Shown here: one piece after another, positions 51,905-64,000 of the stretch
How positions within the stretch are numbered: position 1 is the first letter of the stretch
Layout: each line of letters starts with the position of its first letter
NCBI GenBank assembly: GCA_002269645.1
Contig: NIVC01000890.1
Coordinates: forward strand, 186,001 to 250,000
Origin: Macrostomum lignano
Taxonomy: Eukaryota
Direction: 5' to 3'
Length of the DNA: 64,000 bases
The notes under the pieces: generated by a model
What the model saw: the letters and a program-made list of their open reading frames with translations, nothing else
Databases searched by the model: none
Told to the model about the DNA's origin: nothing
Program-made: the position numbers and the translations under genes

Positions 51905-54900
51905 ATTACTGCACTCCATAAGCCAAGGATTATTGCTATTAATAAACCAAGGATTACTGCACTCAATAAGCCAAGGATTATTGCTATTAATAAACCAAGG
52001 ATTAATGCACTTTATTCATCAAGGATTATTGCTATTAATAAACCAAGGATTACTGCACTCGATAAGCCAAGGATTATTGCTATTAATAAACCAAGGATTA
52101 CTGCACTTGGCAAACCAAGGATTACTGCACTCGATAAGCCAAGGATTATTGCTATTAATAAACCAAGGATTACTGCACTCAATAAACCAAGGACTATTGC
52201 TCTTGGCAAACCAACGATTACTGCACTCGATAAGCCAAGGATTATTGCTATTAATAAACCAAGGATTACTGCAATCGATAAGCCAAGGATTATTGCTATT
52301 AATAAACCAAGGATTACTGCACTTGGCAAACCAAGGATTACTGCACTCGATAAGCCAAGGATTATTGCTAATAATAAACCAAGGATTACTGCACTCGATA
52401 AGCCAAGGATTATTGCTATTAATAAACCAAGGATTACTGCACTTGGCAAACCAAGGATTACTGCACTCGATAAGCCAAGGACTATTGCTATTAATAAACC
52501 AAGGATTACTGCACTTGATTTATCAAGGATTATTGCTATTAATAAACCAAGGATTACTGCACTTGATTTATCAAGGATTATTGCTATTATTAAACCAAGG
52601 ATTACTGCACTCGATAAGCCAAGGACTATTGCTATTAATAAACCAAGGATTACTGCACTCGATAAACCAAGGACTATTGCTCCTGGCAAACCAAGGATTA
52701 CTGCACTCAATAAGCCAAGGATTATTGCTATTAATAAACCAAGGATTAATGCACTTTATTAATCAAGGATTATTGCTATTAATAAACCAAGGATTACTGC
52801 ACTCGATAAGCCAAGGATTATTGCTATTAATAAACCAAGGATTACTGCACTTGGCAAACCAAGGATTACTGCACTCGATAAGCCAAGGATTATTGCTATT
52901 AATAAACCAAGGATTACTGCACTCAATAAACCAAGGACTATTGCTCTTGGCAAACCAACGATTACTGCACTCGATAAGCCAAGGATTATTGCTATTAATA
53001 AACCAAGGATTACTGCAATCGATAAGCCAAGGATTATTGCTATTAATAAACCAAGGATTACTGCACTTGGCAAACCAAGGATTACTGCACTCGATAAGCC
53101 AAGGATTATTGCTAATAATAAACCAAGGATTACTGCACTCGATAAGCCAAGGATTATTGCTATTAATAAACCAAGGATTACTGCACTTGGCAAACCAAGG
53201 ATTACTGCACTCGATAAGCCAAGGATTATTGCTATTAATAAACCAAGGATTACTGCACTTAATAAACCAAGGACTATTGCTCTTGGCAAACCAACGATTA
53301 CTGCACTCGATAATTGCCAAGGATTGTTGCTATTAATAAACCAAGGATTACTGCACTCGATAAGCCAAGGATTATTGCTATTAATAAACCAAGGATTACT
53401 GTACTTGGCAAACCAAGGATTACTGCACTCGATAAGCCAAGATTATTGCTATTAATAAACCAAGGATTACTGCACTCAAGAAGACAAGGATTATTGCTAT
53501 TAATAAAACAAGGATTAATGCACTTGATTAATCAAAGATTATTGCTATTAATAAACCAAGGATTACTGCACTCGATAAACCAAGGACTATTGCTCCTGGC
53601 AAACCAAGGATTACTGCACTCAATAAGCCAAGGATTATTGCTATTAATAAACCAACGATTACTGCACTCGATAAGCCAAGGATTATTGCTATTAATAAAC
53701 CAAGGATTACTGCACTCGATAAGCCAAGGATTATTGCTATTAATAAACCGAGTATTACTGCACTTGGCAAACCAAGGATTACTGCGCTCGATAAGCCAAG
53801 GATTACTGCACTTGGCAAACCAAGGATTACTGCACTCGATAAGCCAAGGATTATTGCTATTAATAAACCAAGGATTACTGCACTTGGCAAACCAAGGATT
53901 ACTGCACTCGATAAGCCAAGGATTATTACTATTAATAAACCAAGGATTACTGCACTTGATTTATCAAGGATTATTGCTATTATTAAACCAAGGATTACTG
54001 CACTCAATAAGCCAAGGATTATTGCTATTAATAAACCAAGGATTAATGCACTTGATTAATCAAGGATTATTGCTATTAATAAACCAAGGATTACTGCACT
54101 CGATAAACCAAGGACTATTGCTCCTGGCAAACCAAGGATTACTGCACTCAATAAGCCAAGGATTATTGCTATTAATAAACCAAGGATTACTGCACTCAAG
54201 AAGCCAAGGATTATTGCTATTAATAAACCAAGGATTAATGCACTTTATTAATCAAGGATTATTGCTATTAATAAACCAAGGAATACTGCACTCGATAAGC
54301 CAAGGATTATTGCTATTAATAAACCAAGGATTACTGCACTTGGCAAACCAAGGAATACTGCACTCGATAAGCCAAGGATTATTGCTATTAATAAACCAAG
54401 GATTAATGCACTTTATTCATCAAGGATTATTGCTATTAATAAACCAAGGAATACTGCACTCGATAAGCCAAGGATTATTGCTATTAATAAACCAAGGATT
54501 ACTGCACTTGGCAAACCAAGGATTACTGCACTCGATAAGCCAAGGATTATTGCTATTAATAAACCAAGGATTACTGCACTCAATAAACCAAGGACTATTG
54601 CTCTTGGCAAACCAACGATTACTGCACTCGATAAGCCAAGGATTATTGCTATTAATAAACCAAGGATTACTGCAATCGATAAGCCAAGGATTATTGCTAT
54701 TAATAAACCAAGGATTACTGCACTTGGCAAACCAAGGATTACTGCACTCGATAAGCCAAGGATTATTGCTAATAATAAACCAAGGATTACTGCACTCGAT
54801 AAGCCAAGGATTATTGCTATTAATAAACCAAGGATTACTGCACTTGGCAAACCAAGGATTACTGCACTCGATAAGCCAAGGATTATTGCTATTAATAAAC

Positions 54901-55525
54901 CAAGGATTACTGCACTCGATAAGCCAAGGATTATTGCTATTAATAAACCAAGGATTACTGCACTTGGCAAACCAAGGATTACTGTACTCGATAAGCCAAG
55001 GACTATTGCTATTAATAAACCAAGGATTACTGCACTTGATTTATCAAGGATTATTGCTATTAATAAACCAAGGATTACTGCACTTGATTTATCAAGGATT
55101 ATTGCTATTAATAAACCAAGGATTACTGCCCTCGATAAGCCAAGGACTATTGCTATTAATAAACCAAGGATTAATGCACTCGATAAGCCAAGGACTATTG
55201 CTATTAATAAACCAAGGATTAATGCAACCCGAACCAAGGATTACTGCACTCGATAAGCCAAGGATTATTGCTATTAATAAACCAAGGATTACTGCACTCG
55301 ATAAGCCATGGATTATTGCTATTAATAAACCAAGGATTACTTACTGCACTTGGCAAACCAAGAATTACTGCACTCGATAAGCCATGGATTATTGCTATTA
55401 ATAAACCAAGGATTACTGCACTCGATAAGCCAAGGATTATTGCTATTAATAAACCAAGGATTACTTACTGCACTTGGCAAACCAAGAATTACTGCACTCG
55501 ATAGCCAAGGATTACTGCGCTTGAT
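51905..55525. repeat. 3.6-kb 24-bp satellite with alternating monomers (CCAAGGATTACTGCACTCGATAAG / CCAAGGATTATTGCTATTAATAAA)
   Basis: 8-aa periodic ORFs on both strands; blocks of about 744 bp recur. Confidence 0.97.
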
Positions 55526-55559
55526 AAGCTTGGCTACATGTATAGGATTATTTCTATCC

Positions 55560-55810
55560 AGGGATGCTTGCTATTTAGGGATTCTTGCTATGTGCAGGAT
55601 GCTTGCTATCTGGAAGGATGCTTCTAAATTATTTGGGGGATGCTTGCTATCTGGAAGGATGCTTCTACATTATTTGGGGGATGCTTGCTATCTGGAAGGA
55701 TGCTTCTACATTATTTGGGGTATGCTTGCTATCTGCAAGATGCTTGCTATCTGCAGATGCTTGCTAGGAGTATTAGGGGATGCTTGCTACTGGGGGGATG
55801 CTTGCTGTCT
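55560..55810. repeat. Degenerate GATGCTTGCTATCTGGAAG repeat
   Basis: GATGCTT recurs more than 10 times. Confidence 0.8.
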
Positions 55811-55974
55811 TGGGAATATTTTCTATTTAGGGGTAATTACTAAAATTTATGAGAGCTAGCCTAGAGGTAAACAGACTAAACTGCTAAATGCAGGGACGAT
55901 GGTTCGAATTTTTAGAGAGTTTAGAGAGTAGAGGTTTTTTTAATTAAAGCTTTTTAACGCCAAGACAAAAAAAA

Positions 55975-56460
55975 TTATGGAAGCGTAATGTAAAAAATCA
56001 TAGAATCGTAATGTAAAAAATCATAGAATCGTAATGTAAAAAATCATAGAAGCGTCATGTAAAAAATCATAGAAGCGTCATGTTAAAATCATACAAGCGT
56101 CATGTAAACAATCATACAAGCGTCATGTAAAAATCATAGAAGCGTCATGAAAAAATCATAGAAGCGTCATGTAAAAATCATAGAAGCGTCATGTAAAAAA
56201 TCATAGAAGCGTCATGTAAACAATCATACAAGCGTCATGTAAACAATCATAGAAGCGTCATGTAAACAATCATAAAAGCGTCATGTAAACAAGCATAGAA
56301 GAGTCATGTTAACATAGAAGCGTCATGAAAAAATCATAGAAGCCTCATATAAAAACTAATGAAAGTGTCATTTAAAAAATTAAGAAGCATCATGGAAGAA
56401 TAAAAGAATCGTCATGTAAAAATCAAAAGAAGCGTCATGTCAGACATGAAAGAAGTGTCA
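55975..56460. repeat. 22-23-bp minisatellite GAAGCGTCATGTAAAAAATCATA
   Basis: Direct repetition, degenerating rightwards. Confidence 0.9.
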
Positions 56461-57293
56461 TATAAAAATTAAATGAAGCTATAGTGCTGTGTTGGGGAGA
56501 ATTACTGAGACGTCAAGGCTCACAGAGAATAACTGAGATTACAGGGGGGTTTCTGAGATGTTAAAGCAAAAGTCAGAAGCTACTTCAAGTTCATGTACTT
56601 TACTTAAGTTTTTTTATTGCATTCTTTGTTGGCTCGCCACGGGGGGGGCGCTGATAGAAGAAGAGTCATGTAAAAAAGAAAAGAAGCACTATGTATACAT
56701 AAAATAAAAGTCATGTCAAAGTTAAAAGATTCATTTGGGAATTGCTACGATGTCAAAGCTTGGAGGGAATCGTTATAGTGCTGTGATTCTTAAAGAAGGA
56801 ATCATTTAAATGCCAAGGCTTAGGGAAGAAGAATTGCTGTGATTTCAAGGCTTTAGGTTGGGTGAAAGTTAGGTTTACGTCAGGTTTGGGTTGAGGGTTA
56901 GATTTTAGCGGGTTTCAAGGTTAACAGGGGATTTTTCAGATATCAAGGTTTATGGGGGGCATCGCTGACATGTCAAGGCTTACGAGGGGAATCTATCTAT
57001 CTATCTATCTATAGCTGAGATGTCAAGGCTCACGGGGGAATAAATGAGATGTCAAGGCTAATGTCAGAAGCTACATGTAGCTTATTGGAAAAAAGTTATT
57101 ACATTATTTGTTGGCTCCTCACGGGAGGGATCGCTGATAGAAAAGGCGTAATGTAAAAAATAAAAGAAGCTTCATGTCGAAGTTAAGAGATTCATTTGGG
57201 AATCCCTACGATGTCGAGGCTTGCAGGGAATCGCTATAATGCTGTAGTAGTGCTATAATGACTCTTAGAGAGAATTACTGAAATTTCAATGCT

Positions 57294-57327
57294 TTAGGGT
57301 TAGGGTTAGGGTTAGGGTTAGGGTTAG
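57294..57327 (+). repeat. Interstitial telomeric repeat (TTAGGG)5TTAG
   Basis: Perfect hexamers. Confidence 0.9.
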
Positions 57328-58077
57328 AAAGTAGACAGATTTTTTAAGATTTCAAGGCTTATGGGAGCATCGCTGAGACGTCAAGGGGGGAGTTGATATG
57401 TTAAGGCTTGTGGGGGGGATTGCTGACATGTCAAGGCTTACAAGGGTACTGGTAGCGTACTGAAGCATACTGGTAGAAGTAGCTCTGAAAGAAGGCAAGT
57501 ATTGTTGAATTTCAATGTCTGTTATAAAATTCTGCACAAGCATGTTTTATTGGTACATAAGCCTGGAATTAAAATGAGAATTCGATTCCTAGCCCCCCTC
57601 CCTAAGAATTTTTTTTCATTTTAAAGGATTCGTCCCTTGCTTATTGGCCACCCCGAAGGGGGGCGCTAGATTGCTAGTATAATACTAAAAGTGGACCAAT
57701 AGCGCTCGCTCATAGCGCACTCGAGATTTTACAGTTCTCCATGCAGGTGAAAAAATGCATGTAGCTGGTATACAGTGGAGTATACAGTGCACACTGCTAG
57801 CCGGCAGACTTGTTTATACACATTCTTCACGGTCACCTCCCAATGTTAAAAATAAGCCGAAATGCGCGTGTGGTTCTGTGTAAAATTATTTCATACCCAG
57901 AATTTATTCATGCATGCGTTTGATAATTCGGCCGGGGTCTGCATAATGCTGTTCGCTTCATATAAAAATAGATCAGAGATAGCAAGATCGACTGTTTTAA
58001 TTACCCAGTCTATATCTTTTCTAGAATTTTCTAATTAATTAAGTCGTGATATGCAGTACGTACCGCTTCTATAGTCT

Positions 58078-58210
58078 GCTGAGCAGTCACTGAACTCACC
58101 CACAAATCCAATTCAGTGTTGAGCAGTCACTGAACTCACCCACAAAACCAATTCAGCGTTGAGCAGTCACTGAACTCACCCACAAAACCAATTCAGCGTT
58201 GAGCAGTCAC
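58078..58210. repeat. 40-bp tandem repeat, 3.3 copies
   Basis: GAGCAGTCACTGAACTCACCCACAAAACCAATTCAGCGTT. Confidence 0.9.
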
Positions 58211-58321
58211 ACTGACTGTAAAAGTTCTGTGCTTCAATACTTTTTATCTTTCGATGCATTTCAAACAGCAATAAATGTCTGTCGCCTGTAATCTTGAAGA
58301 TATAATTTAACTATAGCCAAA

Positions 58322-58618
58322 CATACATGCGCAACAGTCGGCCGAGTCGGCCGGTCCGGCCGACCGATTTTGCGGCCAACCAAGGAAGTCGCAAAAATGC
58401 CCACCCGAAAAAATAACCAAGTAGTAGTACTAAGTAGCTGACGAGGCATTTTGACCTAATAATACAGTCATAGTTACTCCTACCGTTTACCCAAAGTTGC
58501 GTTAATTTTGCTTTAGGGTTTTTTACATCTAAGTCGCATTTTTGGCCAAAAACTACGTCGCATTTTTGTTAAAACTAAGTCGCATGGCCGACCGAATTTT
58601 GGAGGTTGCGCATGTATG
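58322..58618. mobile_element. 297-bp hAT-type MITE
   Basis: 14-bp TIR CATACATGCGCAAC/GTTGCGCATGTATG, 8-bp TSD TAGCCAAA (58314-58321, 58619-58626). Confidence 0.9.
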
Positions 58619-58678
58619 TAGCCAAAATATTGCTAAGCTGCTATCAGACTTATGGGTCTAAAAATAGAAATTAGATAA

Positions 58679-59332
<654 letters not shown>

Positions 59333-60404
59333 TTACTTTCAAAGCTAACAAGAAAAATGAGAACTGAAAAAATAATTGATTTATTTCACAGGACCAGTGT
59401 TGCAGACTGATGTTCACAATTGTAACAAAAATTGACGTAACTGTGCATCAAATTAACGACGCTAAAGTTATTATTTTATTTATTTCATTAACAATTGGCA
59501 TCACGGCTGTTAATTAATAAAAATAAATTATAAATAACAATAAGACAGGGCAGGCAGACAAATGATTGGTATTTATAAAAAAACAGATTTTAAACTTACT
59601 ACAATATGATTACTAAAAAAACAATTTAAACAACTTCTTAGGGTTTAGGGTGAAGCAAACAAGCTCAAGCAGTTGTTTTTTGACAAACAAAAAAAGCACA
59701 CAGGGTGTCAGAAGATGATGACAATGTTATACTTTAATTAATAAGAATAAAAAAATAATTAAAGCACTGGGCTTGGGTCATGTACGAGTGGACAAAATAA
59801 GAAGGTTCAACACCAGAATCCGGTGCAAATATATTCCAATTCACATATTTAACTCAAAACCAATGGTCATCTATCACAAAGCTCACAAGCACATCATATA
59901 AAAATCCATAATATTAATTAATCAGCAGGCGACTGACTGGCTGAGCAAAAAGATTTCTTTCAAAAATATGAAAAATACAAGTATGTACAGACAATATTTA
60001 TAACAAGCAAACAGAGCAAACGAACTTGGATGGATAATATAAGATTACTGCACAGCATTTATTAATACAGAAATATGAAAGCAACTATGCAGTTATGAAT
60101 GAAGACAAGGAAGCATAAATAATGAAATTCGTAACTGTGCACAAGCCCGTTTAACAAGACTGATTTTTTGTTGTTTTTTAATTAAAAAAATGCCAGCTTT
60201 CTGAGCAAAAATCTCCTCAATCAAATCGATAATGTCAGGAACAAATTCATGCAATACAGCATTTTGAGAATGCAATGGTTTCGAATTTATGCGGAGTTAT
60301 GCGGGGTGACAAGAAAGAGGTAGAGTAGATAAGACAGCGACAAGGGAGGACGGGTGGGGTCACGGTGGTCACAAAACGTGGTCCTTTTCAAACAGTTTGA
60401 GGTT

Positions 60405-63400
60405 TCACAGCAGCAGCTTGTGCTCGCGAAAGAAATAAAGTACGCCCTCGTAGGTGGTCAGCACAATGCAAGTGTTGGGAATCTGACGCATAAAATGGGT
60501 CAGCATGCCGCGGTAGAGGGCGCGCGGGCCCTCTTCGGTTATGATGAGGCGGAAGGTTTGAAATAAGCCACGGTATTTGTTGCCCTCCTGTCTGAGTCGA
60601 GTGCGCAGTACCTCTGAAAATTAGGTAACAGAATACATATTAGCCTCTTATATACAGCGTATAAAAAAGAGAAGCTACAGCTACTTCAAGAGGAAAAAAT
60701 AAAATCTTAAAATGTATGCGGCGTATGCTGTTAGCTATTTTCCACACTCCAATACCCGCAGTCCGCCACACCCAAGCAGAACAAGCCCCTAAGCCCAACA
60801 CCCCCGCCAAGCTTAAAGTCTCGTGCTTTTTCACGCGGCGGCCGCGTGGTTCAAACCCGTGTGTACTTTGGTACGGAGGGCTGGTAAACAGGAGCTATTT
60901 TTAGAACGGAGAGGGTTTCCTACAGCCCGATTAGAACTAGCATATAGGGGGGGGGGGAGGGGCCGGGGCGTGCATGGGGGCGTCCCAAGGTCGTTCAAAG
61001 GCCTTGGCGGGCTTGGTTTTATAACTGAGGGCAAGGACAGACTGTGTTTTAACCTAAATTGCAATAAAGTTAAATACTTGGCAGGGAACGGGTGAGGGAG
61101 AGAGATCTAAAGTTCGAGCGTACGGGGCCTGGGCCTTTTGTGGCCTTGGGGAAACGAGAGAAAAGAGAAATGAGGAATGTGAGAAAGCCTGCGTCCTGTG
61201 CCCTGGATTGGGATTGAGAATGTTCAGGTAGAATTTCGCAACCCTTGTCCCCCCAAAGTAGTAAAACTTTACCATGCGGATAGCAGACGCAAGTGGCGAA
61301 CGACTTAGAACAGGTGCTAGCAATCGAACAATACAACACTTCGTCGGCTCGACTAACACCAACAACGACGCTGTCAACACCGCGCGACCATCTCAATAAT
61401 CGCCTTTTCAAGTCTTCGTACACAACGAAATGTAGAGAAGTTTCGGCTATGCCCAAATAGGAGGCTTGAATGCCGCGATAGAAGCCTAGAAAGCCGTTCT
61501 GACGCCACACGGTTCGAATGCAACGGATAGCGCTTAGAGACTGGGACTTCGGGCTGCAAATATTATGTTAGATACTGTCAATGTGAATAGGATAGCGCGG
61601 AGTTTAACTGAAAAAGATACCACATTGATCAAGTGCAAGTAGAATAGTTAAGAGTATAAAACCAGTTTAAACTAGCTAGCTAGGGTGTAAAGAACGCTCT
61701 AACATATCTCAAACACTGTACAGTCTAGAATTATAAATAGTACACACGGCATAGACACTCGTACAGCTCTACTAGATCTACACCAATTTGCATGCGCATA
61801 CAGCATGACTATATTATATTAAATTAGCAATGGAAAATTCCTCTCTAATTTAATATAGAATAGGAAAAACTAAGCGTAAGCTGACTAATAAACAATTAAA
61901 TTTAATAAGCACCTCTGATCCAATTGCATTCGCGTCTTGACTAGCCAAATCGGATTTGTGCAAGTCAGAGAAACAAAACCGGCGAATGCAGCTGCCAGAC
62001 AGTTGTTGCCATGGGAACCGCGGGGAAGCAGCTCCGATAGCATCTCTTGTCCATTGACGTAGGCGCCAAAGTAGAAAGCTCTCGAGGGTAGCACGCCCAG
62101 TATGGTCATGCTGAGGCCTTTGAAAAGGCCTCGGATACCCTCAGTGTGTCGAATGTAGCGAATGCACTGCAGTACAGACATTCGACTGACTGCGGCCATC
62201 TTGTTGACCTCGGAGCAGGTTGCCTAAATACAATTTGGCAAGAGAATTAAGAAAGTCTATTGAGTAGCATGTTCATAGCAAAATCATATTGAATATAGCT
62301 TAGCTATATTTATAACAATTTAATTACAAGAATGCAAAGTTATCTAGATAATTATAAGAATATGGTGATTAATGGCAACCCTATGATAACCCTTTGGTTA
62401 AAAAGAAAAAAGTCAATATCTATTATCTATGACAATTTTACTTGAATAAGGTGATTTATAAAACTGAAAAAGGAATTGGTTCTTAAGAAAATACATGTAC
62501 TTTTTAATGGATTTGCATGAATTATTTTTGCTCCTTGTTTACTGGGCACCCCTGGGTTTATTTTTTGTGCAATGTGCATATGCACCCTAAATTTTAAAAA
62601 GTGGATGCAGTTTAGGTGCAGTCTCATAACCTATTTTTGTTGAAGCCTCAGTTGCACTGCCTTTAAATAAGAAAAAAGAGAAATTGCACTCTTAGTCTTA
62701 AAATTGCACCTTGAAATTGAGCATAGGTTGCACTTTTGCACATTGTATCTGGCGAAAAATAGAACTATACCACATCCCATAGGCCAAAGGGAGGCACTTG
62801 ATTCCTAGTATTCATCTGACAAGTCAAAAATCTATTATGCATGCAATGGACATAAATAAATGCATTGGTTATGTTATAAACTTAATGTTTTTTTTGTATT
62901 TTTGCTTTGATAGGAGATGGGACTTTGGGTTATGCAAAATTTTATAGTATACTTGTATACTAGTATACTAATAAATTTTTGATTCATGACATGCATTCAC
63001 ACTTAATTAATATAAACAATATAAAGTAAAGTAGGCCTATATTAAGGTTTTAAAATAAAAACCAACCTGTGAATAGCATGTAGCAGCCATAGCCGGTTGT
63101 AGTCCAATCCAATTAGGTGGTATCTTAAGCATTGTCCTAGCAGCTGATGATGATGTTGCATAACCAGTAGTAGAAGATACTGGCGAATGTCCATTGCTAA
63201 TACCATTGTGCCATTGCCAATGGGTGACAGAGCTTTGTAAGCGGGTTTTCACAATCTCAAGTGGTGAGGTGAGCACAGCTCCAGTGGTGCCAGCTAAGCT
63301 GAAAAGTGAAAAAAACGGGGAGAAACATTTATAAGCATGTCACTGACAGATTTAAAAATGAAACGGGTTTGACCAAATACTAGGCCTACTGACTGTACTA

Positions 63401-63472
63401 CAATACAAAATACAAACACAACACTGCTTACCCTCCAGCGACAACATGAGCGAAGCTGCCATCCAGAACCAT
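60405..63472 (-). CDS. SLC25A36: Mitochondrial pyrimidine nucleotide carrier (SLC25A33/36, Rim2 family), 5 exons: 63472-63432, 63298-63067, 62223-61913, 61553-61273, 60613-60405
   Basis: Three carrier signatures [32 protein letters not shown]; PSRAFYF, QIPNT and SYLGIAET match the family; phase-consistent GT-AG junctions give 1074 nt (357 aa). A33 and A36 cannot be distinguished. Confidence 0.93.
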
Positions 63473-64000
63473 TTTTCATAGCTATCGAACTCTTCTAAGC
63501 TTTACAAATTTGCTAGTTTAAAAAGATATGTAACTTAAAAGTTATAAAATGTCCACAAATTATTGAATTTTTTATTTCACGCTGTCTTCTTGATCTTGGT
63601 GCCTTCTAACTTAGCACACTAGGTTTGAACAAGAGTAATTATAGCTAACCAAGCATGCGCCAGCTGCATGGAGGGAATCCTATCAGGCGACACGTGATGA
63701 TCTTGGGGAATCCCCATAGAAAATAATTTAATTCAATCATTAAACATTTTTATCATACTAGTAAAAATTAAATTGTGATTTGGAATTTATTTTTAACAAG
63801 TTTGAGTCCTAAAATTTACTAAAAACAGAGAAATGTTTGTTATAACCCATGTTGAATTGTGTTGTATTTCAAGATGTAAGCTTTACTAGAAAGACGTAAG
63901 AAGTAGCTCAAGTTGCTACTGTATATTATCTTAATAACGTTACTTTCCTATATTTTTCCCACTTCCGATTCCTTAATCCTTATAAAGTTACTTTAAATTC

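Noticed and set aside
63294-63479. [11 protein letters not shown]... as the carrier N-terminus
   Set aside because: Wrong frame; the frame from ATG 63472 gives the conserved HVVAGG and splices in phase

Overview
Eukaryotic, intron-containing animal DNA, not prokaryotic: no CRISPR, rRNA or true tRNA seen. GC-rich coding islands, TTAGGG repeats, divergent orphan GPCRs and the satellite load would fit a flatworm such as Macrostomum (inference only). Host genes: four class-A GPCRs (a 3-exon gene at 950-4904 +, an intronless-CDS gene at 28818-29849 +, and a tandem pair of 4-exon paralogs at 32745-38815 and 40777-45954 -), a ~686-aa acidic repeat protein ending in a PP1-docking-like RSVTW motif (25867-27927), and a 5-exon SLC25A33/36 pyrimidine-nucleotide carrier (60405-63472 -). 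About one third of the window is tandem arrays of about 20 kinds, and most long ORFs in the track are artefacts of these. Mobile DNA: a nested cluster at 11.8-15.5 kb (Crypton-like recombinase fragment; hAT with 8-bp TSD carrying a piggyBac fragment and a long-TIR P element with an intact spliced THAP ORF), a Polinton/adintovirus capsid relic, two solo LTRs, two SINE families, a hAT MITE and a LINE 3' end. Best leads: the KP-like THAP mini-P element, a gene-conversion tract between the GPCR paralogs, the capsid relic, and a ~20-copy CRE array in a GPCR intron. All calls come from reading the sequence; no database searches were run.
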